Positions 24,581 to 37,484 of a DNA stretch of 64,000 nt are shown here, piece after piece. A program made the position numbers and the translations under genes. The stretch spans positions 39,245,111 to 39,309,110 of the forward strand of contig NC_068994.1 in NCBI RefSeq assembly GCF_001194135.2. The letters run 5' to 3'. The notes below the pieces were generated by a model. That model was not told the DNA's origin. It did not search any database and saw only the letters and a program-made list of their open reading frames with translations. This DNA is from Octopus bimaculoides. Lineage: Eukaryota. The stretch's first letter is position 1. Each line of letters starts with the position of its first letter.

Positions 24581-26529
24581 TGTTCTATCTAATCCACTGA
24601 AAAGTGCAATGAGTTGTTGTTTTTGGTTAGGTAACATGTTCATTGACAGCACTCATAAAACAATGTTTTCCATTGAAGATTGACTTGGATTGAGAAAAAA
24701 AAAATACCACTATGCTTCAAGAGAAGAGTTTACAAGGGTTTTTGACACATGTAAGCTGACACAGAATAAGTGCACTGTGAGATATTGTCATGCTGACTGG
24801 CCTAATCATGCCATAAGGTAAGGAAGAAGACACATTGGAATGATGACAATGTACATGGTGATGGTGATGGTGATGGTATTGATGATAATGATAAGAAAGA
24901 GGAAGTAGGAAGTAGAATCCAGAATATTTAGTTAGTAATCTCATACTATGCCATGATACTTCTCTTTCAGCCAGCCATTACACATGTCTATTAAGAAAGA
25001 AATATGTGTCAACTCCTTCAGCTGATTGAAAAGAGAGAGAGACAAAGTGTTAAAATATTTCACTGATACTGCATAGAATCCAGTACTGCAAGGTACTGAA
25101 CGCTTCCCCTTCCTCCTTGTGATAGATAGTATAGTAAGTATGAGTAGTGAGTGAGTAAGAGTAAGAGGGGGGAGAAAGAAGAGAAGGGGAGGCAGAAAGA
25201 ATGAGAAAATAAGCAAAGAATAAAAATAGCTGGAAATTGATGAGTAGTTTGGTGATTTACAGAGCCAACATTGAATCCTTCTCACATGAGTTAATTGAAT
25301 GAAAATCAGCAAAACAAAATGCCATTTCCTCACATGAGATATGAAAGTTATAGTTACATTAAAGTTCAAGAATAAGAAAAAAACAAAACAAAAAACAAAA
25401 CAAAAAAAAATGCAAAATATTTTCTGAGACTGAATTTATACAATTATGACAAAAGATACAAAAGAGAATGAATGAATGTAATTCAGTGAAACAAACTGCT
25501 ATTTCCTTAAATGCAATAAGAAAGTTACATTAAAAGTTATGGCTTACGAAAAATTCAAAGAATTTCCTTTGTCTAAATTTATAGAATTATAGAAAAGAAA
25601 ATCCTATTTTAGCTTTAAGTGTGACAATATTTCATCTAAATCAAGTGTATGAAATTCTTCAGGGAATAGAAATGTCTAATCAAAGTAAATGGATAAAATC
25701 TTTGAATCACATTGGCTATATCACAGATCTTATGGATTATGACTAAATCTGGAATGTAGTCCACATATTTATGTCGTGTTCTTCACAAATCTGAACCCAT
25801 ATGCATATATCTGATCTTTATCTTACATTTTAGATTACTGCAAAGGTTGTAATATGTATCCTTTAGATGCCTAAGATAATATTCTTTTGTTCTTTTTACT
25901 GGTTTCGGTCATTGAACTGGGGCCATGCAAGAGCATGGTGATCAAGGATTTAGTTAATCACAGTGACCCCAGAACGTGTTTCAATCTTGTACTTATTTCA
26001 TCGGCTTATATTTACCAAATGGCTGAGTTATGCTTCTCTGCACAACACTGATTTTAGACATAAACACACACACACACATGTGTACATGTATATGCACCCC
26101 CCACCACATATATGCATATCTGTATATATATATCTATACACACACACATTTGTATACATACTTACGTACATACTCACATATATATACATACATACAAACA
26201 AACAAACAAGCATACAAACAAATGCCACTCTTAATGCATTGGTCAACCTGAGGTAGAAGACATTTGTCCTAGCCACTGTGCAGTGGGGATTGAATCCAGA
26301 ACCATGTGATTACAAAAAGAACTCCTTAACTGTGATGCTTGTGACCAAGAATGGTAATAAACATCTTATAGATGGATGGCATTCAGACGACTTTAGAATG
26401 TTTTTGAGAAGCAATAGCTGAGAAAGAAAATGACTATTGGTATAGACACAGTCATTCATTAAAGACAGTATTTGTTGTAGTCTGAAAATTGAATTTTTTA
26501 TTAAGAAACGGTGTATTATCTATCTTTTA

Positions 26530-27190
26530 ATTTTTACTTGTTTCAGTCCTTGGGCTGTGGTCATGCTGGGGCACTGCTTTGAATTGTATAGATCAGTGTT
26601 TCTTAACCATTTGTTAGCTGTAGACCCCTTTGATTTCTTTTTTTTACTTAAATGGATTCTCATAGCCTTTTGATGTTTTAAAAAATCATATCATATTTTT
26701 AAAATTAAATATTATTAGGAATTGTAAAAAAATTTGTTTAAAATATTTTGTGAATTGTAGAAATATAACAAATTTGCTGCAGATAAATTTCAACAACAAA
26801 TTTTTAAGTGGACCCCCCCACTGACCATATGGACCCTGGTTGAGAACCACTGGTTTAGATGAACAAATCAACTCAAGTACATAATTTTTCACTGGTACTC
26901 ATGTTTGGTTTCTTTTGCAGGACTGTTAAGTTACAGGAGTGTAAACAAACCAACACCAGTTGTCAAGTGGTGGTGGGAGACAAACATAACACAAACTCAA
27001 AGCCACACACATACATACATACATATATACATGATGGGCTCCTTTCAGTTTCCATCAACCAGTTCCACTCATAAGGCATTTGTTAACCTAGGGCAAGAGT
27101 AGAAGACACTTACCCAAGCTACGACACAGTGAAATTGAACTGGGAACCATGCGGTTGGGAAGTAAGCTTCTTTCAACACAGCCATGCCTA
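26530..27190 (-). mobile_element. SINE family B interrupted by a hAT MITE
   Basis: SINE B 3' and head segments flank 26594-26852. Confidence 0.75.
26594..26852. mobile_element. hAT (Charlie-like) MITE
   Basis: TIRs CAGTGTTTCTTAACC / GGTTGAGAACCACTG; 8-bp TSD GTATAGAT/GTTTAGAT. Confidence 0.85.
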
Positions 27191-27584
27191 TAACACAGCC
27201 ATGTATACATTTTTTAAAAGATGAAGCATAGATTCAAAATACTTTAGTTGCTATTTCTAACTAATTGAATGACCACACAGACTCTCATCTGGCTTGTGAT
27301 GTATGACCAGAGCTACTTAAGTAAGCAAACACAACTGTTATGAGCCAACGATCAACCACCAATATAGCTGCCAGATCCCACTCAAGTTACATTCTATTAT
27401 GATATCTTAAAACAAAGCAAGCACATGACCTTAGAGGATAGTATATTTCTAGATCCACTGTTTCTGAATAAAAGGCAGAATTGTCAACAGTAGAACATCT
27501 TTATTTATCATTCATTTATTTGACCAAATCTGACATGAGAGTAAACAACAATAACAAAATCAACAACAACATAAAAACTGTCTT

Positions 27585-28225
27585 TTTACTTGTTTCAGTC
27601 ATTTGACTGTGACCATGCTGGGGCACCACCTTGAAGGGTTATAGTCAAACAAATTAACCCCAGGACTTCTTTTTTCTAACCTAGTACTTATTCTATTTGT
27701 CTTCTATGCTGAACCATTATGGGGATGTAAACATGCCGACACTGTTTGCTGAGTTGTGGTGGGGAACAAACACTGACACAAAGACACACACACGCATAGA
27801 TTCATACATATATATATAGAGAGAGATAGATACCACAGGTTTCTTTCAGTTTCCATCAACCAAATTCATTCTAAGATCTTGGTCAGCCTGAGGCTATAGT
27901 AGAAGGCACTAAGGCAATGAGCTGGCAGATGTTAGCATGCCAGGTGAAATGCTTAGCGGTATTTTGTCTGTCTTTACATTCTGAGTTCAAATTCTGCTGA
28001 GGTCAACTTTGCCTTTCATCCTTTTGGGGGGCGATAAGTTAAGTACCAGTTGCATACTGGGGTCGATCCAATTGAATGGGCCCCATCCCAAAGATTTCGG
28101 GCCTTGTGCCTTGAGTAGAAAAGAATATAGTAGATGACACTTGCCTAAGGCACCACACAGTAGGACTGAACCCAGAACTATGTGGTTGGAAAGCAAGCTT
28201 CTTACCACTCAGTCACACCTGTACT
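27585..28225 (-). mobile_element. SINE family B interrupted by a SINE A
   Basis: B sequence resumes after 28127 with the duplicated target ATAGTAGAAGGCACT/ATAGTAGATGACACT. Confidence 0.8.
27911..28126 (+). mobile_element. SINE family A nested in SINE B
   Basis: A-box TGGCAGATGTTAGC, B-box GAGTTCAAATTC, Deu/Nin-like domain; 15-bp imperfect TSD. Confidence 0.88.
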
Positions 28226-28619
28226 TATGCTGCTAAGATGTATTACAAACAGGTTTTGTTAGCTTAAACAATCAAGGGAAAGGAAACCCAGAAAATAATT
28301 CAAAAGCCAATGGCCTTATTTAAAATAACTGTGATTTATCTGGGTCTTCTGCGTATCTAATGAGAGCATGGGTCTATGCCTGGAAATTTTCACTCCAAAG
28401 TACAAACAAAATTGAGCAAAGTTGATTTTGTATGGAAGACCAGCAGTTATCCATGCATGCAAGTCTCCTTATTCTCTTGTAACATTATTAAGTGGCTCCT
28501 GTTTATTTTTACCTATAATATTAATATGAGTCCTGGAATCGTAATGCTTTTATTTATCCAATGAGCAATTCCATATGACATTTTAAAAAAATTTATATTC
28601 TGAGATTATTACCAGAATG

Positions 28620-28837
28620 GTAATTCAAATTACTTTGCCATATGTAAAGCTTATCTATTCATATTGTTTTGAATCAACCATGTAATGTCTCATAGCTATT
28701 AAATTTGGGTGATGTTATTGTCTATTTTTAGAATGGCATTGTAGGGTAGATGTGAAAGGTTAGATGAAGCCAGTTTGAACATGAAACAGGAAACATATTT
28801 TGGCTGAATATGGCCAGTTTAAAAGTTAAAAAAGTTA
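28620..28837 (+). mobile_element. piggyBac-like MITE, degenerate copy
   Basis: Internal similarity to 41523-41733 (GCCAGTTTGAACAT..ATATGGCCAGTTTAAA..GTTAA). Confidence 0.55.
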
Positions 28838-28914
28838 ACTTATTTTGTAATGCTGATACACTATATATTGATGTGCATTTTCTCAAATCATCTTCACGAG
28901 TTGCATTTTTGGCA

Positions 28915-28955
<41 letters not shown>

Positions 28956-29293
28956 AAGTGCATTATTATATTCCTCTATTGTTCATTTTTTAATTTTTGA
29001 TCAACCCTGAATGATTGGCCTATAATCAAAGGCATTCCAGCCATAACTATCACATTCGTTTTTCAGTTTCAAGAATCATTTTTTAAAAATTTTAACAATT
29101 TTGTTTCAAACAATGCTTGTGACCAGTGTAGCATAAGGGACTGCAAGGAGTGGGAAGAAGAGATCTATAGTTTTTGAGAGATGTCAATTGACAGAAAGCT
29201 TAAAGGACTGAATATTTATAGATCAGAGGAGAACAAGACAATGATGGTACATTCCAGAGAGCAGTAGTTCAAGGAGGAAAGAAGCTATTAGAA

Positions 29294-29700
29294 TAGGGTT
29301 CTCAACCATGGTCCATGTGACCCTTGGTGTTCCATATAAGATTTGTTGTTAAAATTTATCAGCAATGAATTAGTTATACTTCTGCAGTACACAAAACATT
29401 TTAACAATTGTTTTCTTACAATTCCTGATAATATATGATTAGGAAAATATGATAGGGCTTTTTAAACTTTGAATAGCTATGAGAGTCTACAGTCATGGCC
29501 AAAAGTTTGAGACATTTTAAAAATTAACATTGTTATGCCCAAGTACAATTCTCTTCAAATATATATACAACATGTATATTTAGGCATCTAATATAAAAAT
29601 TCTAATTTCAGAGTTATGTTCCAAACTTTTGGCCATGACTGTACTTGTGTAAAATAGGAATCAAAGGAGTCCATAGGTAGAAAATGGTTGAGAAACAATA
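29294..29700. mobile_element. hAT MITE (same family as 26594-26852, opposite orientation) containing a Tc1-type MITE
   Basis: TAGGGTTCTCAACC / GGTTGAGAAACAATA; perfect 8-bp TSD TATTAGAA at 29286-29293 and 29701-29708. Confidence 0.85.
29490..29641. mobile_element. Tc1-type MITE
   Basis: Perfect 20-bp TIR CAGTCATGGCCAAAAGTTTG; TA TSD on both sides. Confidence 0.92.
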
Positions 29701-30354
29701 TATTAGAATAAAGTGAATTATGACTAACAGGAAGCTCAACAGAGTAACAATGTGCCTAAGTAGAGAAGTGGGTAATGCATTAATTGGTCTTGAGAGAGGA
29801 AACTAGACCAGAAACTTTATCTGAGCCTATGTATCTCTGTATCTTTGTTCTGTACCTTTTAAAGACTTTGGGCTATGGTTTGAGAGAGATTGGTTACTAG
29901 TTCTAGTAGGACATACAACTACATAGGGGCTCACTCATTCACTTATCTTTTTAATGGTTTCAGTTACTGTATAGTGATCATGCTGGATCATTGCCTTCAG
30001 TGGTGTAGTCAAATATAACAGCTTTAGTACTTGTAAACAGATACTATTTCATCAACATGGGTAGATGAAAAATAAAACCAACTTGGAAAAGACTTGGACT
30101 ACAGAACACAATGGGACCTAATCAAATAGCAATGAGTTTCTTCTTTTTCTTTTTGTCTGATGCTCTACTAATTTCTGGTAGAACATCAAGAAAATATTGT
30201 ATGGATCTTTGGAAGTGTAGAATAAAAGATAACCATGTTGAATCCTTTGAATTTTGATAAAACACTGTAAGGTAGTCTTGGTTCCAGAAAGTATTTTTAT
30301 GTCACTGTATGGCATTTAAAGAAGAGTAAAGGAAACTTTGGTCAAAGTGGAGAA

Positions 30355-30534
30355 CATAGGCATGGCTTTGTGGTTAAGAAGCTTGCTTTGCCAAAGTGTG
30401 ATTTTGGGTTCAGTTCTACTGCATGGCACTTTGAGTAAGCAACTTCTACTACAGCCCCAGGCTGGCCAATGTGTGAATGAATTCAACAGATGAAAACTGT
30501 GTGGAAATCTGTTGCATGTGTGTGCATGCATGCA

Positions 30535-30566
<32 letters not shown>

Positions 30567-30775
30567 CATGTATGAATGCCTTTTTTTTGTGCTTGCCCCC
30601 TAACACAGCTTGACTTCCCCATAACTTAGCAGTTCAGCAAAGGAATCTGACAGAATATGTACCAGACTTTCAAAAACATAAGTGCTAGGATCAATTTGTT
30701 TGACTAAACCTTTCAAGGCAGTGCCCCAGCATGGCCACAGTTCAATGACTGAAACAATTAATAGAAAAATAGATA
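30355..30775 (+). mobile_element. SINE family B
   Basis: Head GGCTTTGTGGTTAAGAAGCTTGC..TTCAGTTCTACTG, central (GT)n, 3' GCATGGCCACAGTTCAATGACTGAAAC. Confidence 0.8.
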
Positions 30776-31344
30776 AAAAAAAAAGTACATATTGATACAA
30801 TGAGCAAGGTTGATAATAATCTCTATACTTGTCATGGTTTAGGTACATCTATAGCACAGCTGTAGTATTTATCAATGTAACATTATATTGGAAAAATATC
30901 TATAAAATAGATCTATGCCATCAAATGATTCTTAATACAGACTTGTACCTAACAAACTTTCCTCTACCAAATTATGTTGCGCATAAACTGACTGGGTGAT
31001 TAAGAATTTCTCTTCCCACTAGAAAGGCTTTTGAATTCACAACTCCACTGCACAGAACCTTGAGCAAATGTCTTATGGGAGCCTTGTAAGTGAAATTTAG
31101 AAGGCAGGAAAATATGTAGAAGCCTGTTGGAAGAAAGACAAAGCATTTCCTATTTTTGGATGGTGGACCCTACACTGGCTACTTGGTTTAGCACCAACAC
31201 CTGGCCCTTGGAACATTTAGCAAAGATTTAGGCCAAGTCTCTGACCTTAGGATACCTTCCACTGATTTTTGGGATCCTGAAAAGGGTCAGGGGTGCTGCT
31301 CTTCCTCCCTTATGTCATGCAGAATTATTATTAATAATAATAAT

Positions 31345-32932
31345 CCTTTCTACTAAAGACACAAGTCCTAAAATTTTGAGGGAGGGGACTAGTTGATTAC
31401 ATCAATCCCAGTGTTTCACTGGTGCTTAATCTATCAATCCCAAGAGGATGAAAGACAAAGTCGACCATGGCAGAATTTGAACTCAGAATGTAATGACAGA
31501 CAAAATATCTCGACCCCTGTACATAACCGGTACTTATTTCATTGACCCCCCCAATAGGATGAAAGGCAAAGTTGACTTAATAATGGTTTCTGATATAGGT
31601 ACAAGTCCCAGAATTTTGAGAGGGGTTACTTGATATCATCGACCTCAGTACATGCTTAGTACTTTATTTTAATTACTCTGAAAGGTAAAGTTGACCTTGC
31701 CAATAATAATAATAATAAAGCTTTTTGATTTAGGCACACAGTCAGCAGTTTTGAGGGTTAGGGGTTAGCTGATACTGTTGTCCCCATTACTTGATTGGTA
31801 CTTTATTTTATCAACCTGTAAAGGATGAAAGGCAAAGTTGACATCAGCAAGGTGTAAACTCAGCATGTAAAGAGATAGAAGACATGTTGCAAAACCTTTG
31901 TTTTAATGCTCTAAAGATGCCTACCTACTCAGCTACTTAATAATAACAATAAAAGCAACAACATTGCAGGTAAGGAAGTAAGAAAGATCTTTAAAATATA
32001 TTGATTGAAAAATGGAGATGTTAGAAATGTGGGAATATTTAGCAGCAAAAGTGTAAATTGTACTAGTTACCATCAAAGCATTAGCTTTAGTTCCCAAAAT
32101 ACTATCATACCACATGGAGTGGATGGACATAAAGACAACTATGCACATTTCCCCTCTCTCCATCTACCCTCCTTAGACAGTTTATGTTCTCAGAAGGTAC
32201 TTTCTGTCCAAGGATTGACAGTTACCATGAAAATAAGAAAAAAAACAAACAAAAAAACATAATTCTCTCTACTATAGGTACAAGGCCTGAAATTTTATGG
32301 GAGGGCCTTAGTCAATGACATTGACCTCTCACCCCAGGGTTCAACTGGTACTTATTTTATTGACCCCCAACAGGATGAAAAGTAAACTCAGCTTTGGTGG
32401 AATATGAACTCACAATGTAAAGCTGGAAGAAGTAGCTCTTACATTTTGTCCAATGTGCTACCTCCACTACTAGTTCATCACCTTAGAAATCATAATAAAT
32501 GTAGGAATAATAATAATAATAATAATCATAATAATAATAATAATAACCTTTTCCACTATAGCAGGGTTCCTAATCTTTTCACTATCTTGGGTCCCTTTTA
32601 TTTAAATGAGTTTTCCCACAGGTCCCAGGATATTGAAAGGTCTGTCAGTTTAACATGTTCATGGACCCCCAGTACCACCTTTGTGGACCACCAGGGGTCC
32701 GTGGACCATAGGTTAGGAACCACTGTACTATAGGCACAAGGCTTGAAATATTGTGGGAGAGGGTTAGTCATTTACATCAAGCTCTATACTCAAGTGGTTA
32801 TTATTTTATTGAGCCCCAAAAGGATGAAAGGCAAAATGGCTCTCTGTGGAATTTGAACTCAGAATGTAAAGGCAGACAAAATGTCGCTAAGTATTTTGTC
32901 TGGTGTGCAAACAATTCTGCTAGCTTGCTGCC

Positions 32933-32935
<3 letters not shown>
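31345..32935 (-). mobile_element. Cluster of about six same-orientation SINE A copies/fragments in (AAT)n tracts
   Basis: GATGAAAGGCAAAGT(T/C)GAC-type motif recurs at ~31445, 31559, 31680, 31825, 32375, 32823. Confidence 0.75.
32562..32725. mobile_element. hAT MITE nested in the 3' end of a SINE A
   Basis: CAGGGTTCCTAA / GGTTAGGAACCACTG; TSD CACTATAG/TACTATAG. Confidence 0.8.
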
Positions 32936-32968
<33 letters not shown>

Positions 32969-33257
32969 TTGATGATAATAATGATGATGATGATTTCTTA
33001 AATTATACAACAAATAATAAAACAAAAGCAAATAGGTTATAACAGAGCAATATCATATTCTGTAAAATGTAAAATTATCAAATGTATTGCATGTAACCTA
33101 GTTATCAATTAAATAAACTTACTCCAGACACTATACTTTATTAATTGATATCTTTGTTAATATGAAAAACAGTGTAGATGATAAGGGTGAGCCAAAGTCA
33201 TGATCACTGAAGCAACCCGAAAAAAAAAAATAAATAAATGGAAAAGTTTGCTGTTTT

Positions 33258-33374
33258 NNNNNNNNNNNNNNNNNNNNNNNNNNNNNNNNNNNNNNNNNNN
33301 NNNNNNNNNNNNNNNNNNNNNNNNNNNNNNNNNNNNNNNNNNNNNNNNNNNNNNNNNNNNNNNNNNNNNNNNNN
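33258..33374. other. Assembly gap (117 N); other gaps at 3968-4857, 11273-11385, 17710-18414, 40516-40525, 46010-46136, 46729-46738, 57994-58003, 59649-60319
   Basis: Runs of N. Confidence 0.99.
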
Positions 33375-35429
33375 GTGAGTAAAAGATTTTAGATTGACTT
33401 AAAGAAATTTATGATCATCACATTGCTGTTTGAATGAAAAGCATCACATGCAATGGAGAACTTTTCAAAAGTAAACTCTCATTCATTGAAACCTAAAATT
33501 TCCATTTGAAAAAAAAAAAAAAACTAATTAAAAAAATGAAAAGCAAAAAAAATTTGAAATTCCACTCAATTATCAATTGAAAATTAAGGGTCAACTTAAG
33601 AAAGGAAATATATGATTTTTAGGATACACTTAAAATATATTTGGGATTCAAAAATGGAATTTAATGATGCCTAGAAAACGGAAATATAGTTTATTCAGTG
33701 AGACAGTTTAAAGAAACAATATTCTACAATATATATATATATATATACTATATATGTACATATATATACATACTATGTATGTATGTATACAAATTAGTAA
33801 AGTTACAAAATTAATTAGTATTAATAGAATATTATACATTATGAGTGAAAAGATGCTATAAGAATAGATTATCTACTGAAAACTAAGAAACATATTGGCT
33901 GCTATAATGTTAAAGTACTGGACTACTGACCACATGGTTAAACTGCCAAGCCTTGTTATAGTTAGTGTATTATGCCTTTTGACAAGGTACCTCATGCTTG
34001 TCTATGTTTACTGATATTGAAAACAAAACCTGTAAAATGCCACCAAGGAGCTATCACAGGATGAGACAACCTGCTAGAAATAGCAGCCAAATTCCCTTTA
34101 AATTACAGCATACTACCTTGTAAAGTGTGGGATCTCAAGGGACAATGTAGACCCAGATGTCCAATGTCTGAATAAAGGATGGGATATTAATAGCTCAAAT
34201 GCCTTTGATACTATGTCTGCTCTGTCAGGTCTGACTGGAGCTAAACAATCACAGGATCTGTATCCATTTTTATTGCTGAATATTCTGTTATAGGAAGGGC
34301 ATCTGGCAGAAAAAATATTCATTATGGCTAGATGTAAAACACTGAAATTTGATAAAACGCATCCCATGCTTGCTACCATATAAGAAAGTATTTAAAAAAA
34401 ATACAATAAAACTAAATAATCAATAAAAATCAATAAGGAGGTTAATGACTTAAAGGCCTGAATGGTTAAGAAGTTTTAATTAAGCAATTTAACTATGTTA
34501 TAAAATCATTATTTATTTACTCAGAAATGTTTGTTAAATCATGTTTAATAAAATGCTAACAAAGACCAATTTGATGTTTTAAAATCTCAATACATATTCA
34601 GTTGAATGGACTCACCTTTTAATAAGCTAGCAATAGGTTTTAACTATGTGTAAACTATCATTCACTGACTGGACTTAACTTCATAGTCAGCAAATATTAG
34701 TGTAGGAAGGACCCATAATCCAAATGCTACAGAAAAGAGGCTCTCTATAAAAGTTATTTGATGTGTTTCCAAGAAATAAAATTAAGACTTATTTTGCTCA
34801 GACAAGAGCAGGTGACAGTTTTACCACAAACATATTTTTACCACAAACTATGAATGACTGTCAAAATTTCACAGTGAATTCTATAAAAAGGCATATATAG
34901 CAAAACATATTCTATAAATCAATGAAATTATAAGTTATAATGTATTTTAAAATAAGGCCTAGAAAAAAAAAAAAAAAAAAGAAACTGATAAGCTACAAAC
35001 TGGACATATTTCATTCTTAAACTAAGCTTTGAATTAATTCTAAACAGTGTTTTTTTTTTTTTTTTTTTTTCTCAGTGCGATAAATATAGTTGAGAACAGT
35101 GAGCCACAACAAAGAAGTCACGACTCTCCTAGGAATCAAGAGACAAAGGGAAAAATTGGAAAAAAAATTTTTTTTCTTCTTCCTCTCTTTTTGTAGACTT
35201 TCTCAAATTACCAAATGATCTATAATATGGAGAGACATGAGACATGAATAAGATAAATTTTGATTGAAGAACGTTACCTAACTGATTATGAAGATAATGT
35301 ATAATAGGCTGTACTAACAATAATGATAGCAGTGATGATGATGATGATGATGATGATGATAATGAAAGAAATACTAAGCTATTGTGTATATACCTATAAT
35401 TATATTATCTCTCTCTCTCTCTCTCTTTT

Positions 35430-35478
<49 letters not shown>

Positions 35479-35676
35479 ACACACACATACACACACACAC
35501 ACGCACACACACACACACACATCAGGTCCCTGGAACTGCTTCTGATTGTAACAATATTGTAAGTACCAGTATTAACTTATGCATAAAAGATAAAATGAAC
35601 ATGTACACACATATACATAGATGTACACACATACATACATACATGTATGCGTGTATACACACACACACACACACAT

Positions 35677-35747
<71 letters not shown>

Positions 35748-36350
35748 TACATACATGTATATGAAACTTGAATTCTCAAAAAGGAAAAAGAGGGTGGGTA
35801 TGGAATTTTTTAAAATATGGTAATAAACTCAAATCTTCAAACAATCTTTTCAAGATTTTTTTAAGGATCTATTATTTCAAATGCTATTTCCCAAAGTGAA
35901 ACTAGTCAGTAAATTTATCCATATCAAACCATAACTGAGATAGTCTTATCAAAAGGTAAGTACAAGCAATTTTCCTTCAATGAGAGATAAATTTTATATA
36001 TTTATTAAAAAATATATTTTTATACAAATTTATTCACATCTGTCATGATGTTTACTATGGATATAAGACTGATTAGAATTCAAATCATTAGAGAAAATAA
36101 CCAAAATATGTTAGAGTTTATGATTAATTCCAGGAGACAGTATATATGTTAGAGTACATTTAGACATCATTTATATTGTGCACTGTAAATTTCTATAACC
36201 AGTTCTACAGTATGGCAGACATACAAACATCTATACTATGTTGGTTGTGACCTATTGAATATATTTTATTCGATTCTTTACATTCATAATAGCTTAAATG
36301 TAAAAGTATTCTTTCAGAAAAAAAAAACAAAAAAACAAGCAACTACTTAC

Positions 36351-36558
36351 TTGTGCCAGAAAATCCACTCTACTTTGTTGTTACACGAGATGTGTATCCA
36401 GCCGTACTGTTGTACGGCTACTGCTGCTGTTGTGTGGCGGCAGCATCATGTGGTTTTGGTCTGCGTTGTGTGTATGTAATGTCTGCTGCTGCTAATGACA
36501 GGCTGATTATATGTTGCGTGGAATGGACACGATATTCACAATTCTGGCTCGGAAGATT
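36351..36558 (-). other. Candidate exon of an unidentified minus-strand host transcript
   Basis: GC- and CpG-richer non-repeat island. Acceptor CCTTATATTAG, donor AA|GTAAGT. Frame 1 reads NLPSQNCEYRVHSTQHIISLSLAAADITYTQRRPKPHDAAATQQQQ*. No protein family recognised. Confidence 0.3.
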
Positions 36559-37416
36559 CTAATATAAGGTGAATATTTTTTTTTATTTTATTTTGTTTTA
36601 TTTCTTTTTTTTTAACATTTCATTCACATGCTAATATAGAATGTATCACTACATAGCACTTTTCTTTTTTCTTTTTCATTTTAGTTTAATCATATATTTT
36701 TTGCCTATCTAAGGGAAAGTATGTTTGTTTCAATAGATGTGGTCAGTGTCGTACAATTTGTATTAGAGAAAGTATGTATTGTTTGTTTCAACAGAGTATT
36801 TTATCTTTCATATACTACATCAACCTACAGCTATCAACATATTGCTTTCCAAAGCTATTCTTAAGAACTACAAAATATGAACAAGATATGCTTATCATTA
36901 CAGTCTGGCAACTAACAGAAGTTTATTGATACCTTCAGAAGGTGTCATTGATTTTTCATCATTCACTCAAACTTTGCTACTCTTATCTGTCATACTCTTC
37001 TCATCTACAATTTGTTCAGTGATTTACTCTGATTTTTGAAAATTGTTTCTTAAACTCACTTCTAACACCACCAAAAAAAAAAAAAAAATTCAAAGTAAAA
37101 TTTTCAAGTGCAAATATGTTTGTAGCTGTCTATATTAAAGTGAACACAAGGGAGCTGGCTGGCTGGTGTGTATGTGTGTATAGATGTGTGTGTGTGTGTG
37201 TGTGAGTGAATGTGTGTGTCTGTATGTGTCTGTGTGTGTGTCTGTGCCTGTGCCTGTCTGTGCCTGTGTCTGTGTCTCTCTGGCGCTTTCTGTATCTGTG
37301 TATCGGTGCATGTAGGTAAGTACATGCATATATACATACAACACATATATATATACATACACACTATATATATATATATATATATATACATACACTCATA
37401 TACATATATATATACA

Positions 37417-37448
<32 letters not shown>

Positions 37449-37453
37449 CTTAT

Positions 37454-37484
<31 letters not shown>

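Noticed and set aside
31345-32935. Regularly recurring motif resembling a CRISPR-like repeat-spacer array
   Set aside because: The repeats are the conserved central domain of successive SINE A fragments with irregular spacing in a eukaryotic context.
36353-36562. Plus-strand Cys-rich 69-aa ORF resembling a small toxin or membrane peptide
   Set aside because: The Cys/Ala runs are the antisense of CAG/GCA repeats; it starts at TTG, has no signal peptide and no regular Cys framework.
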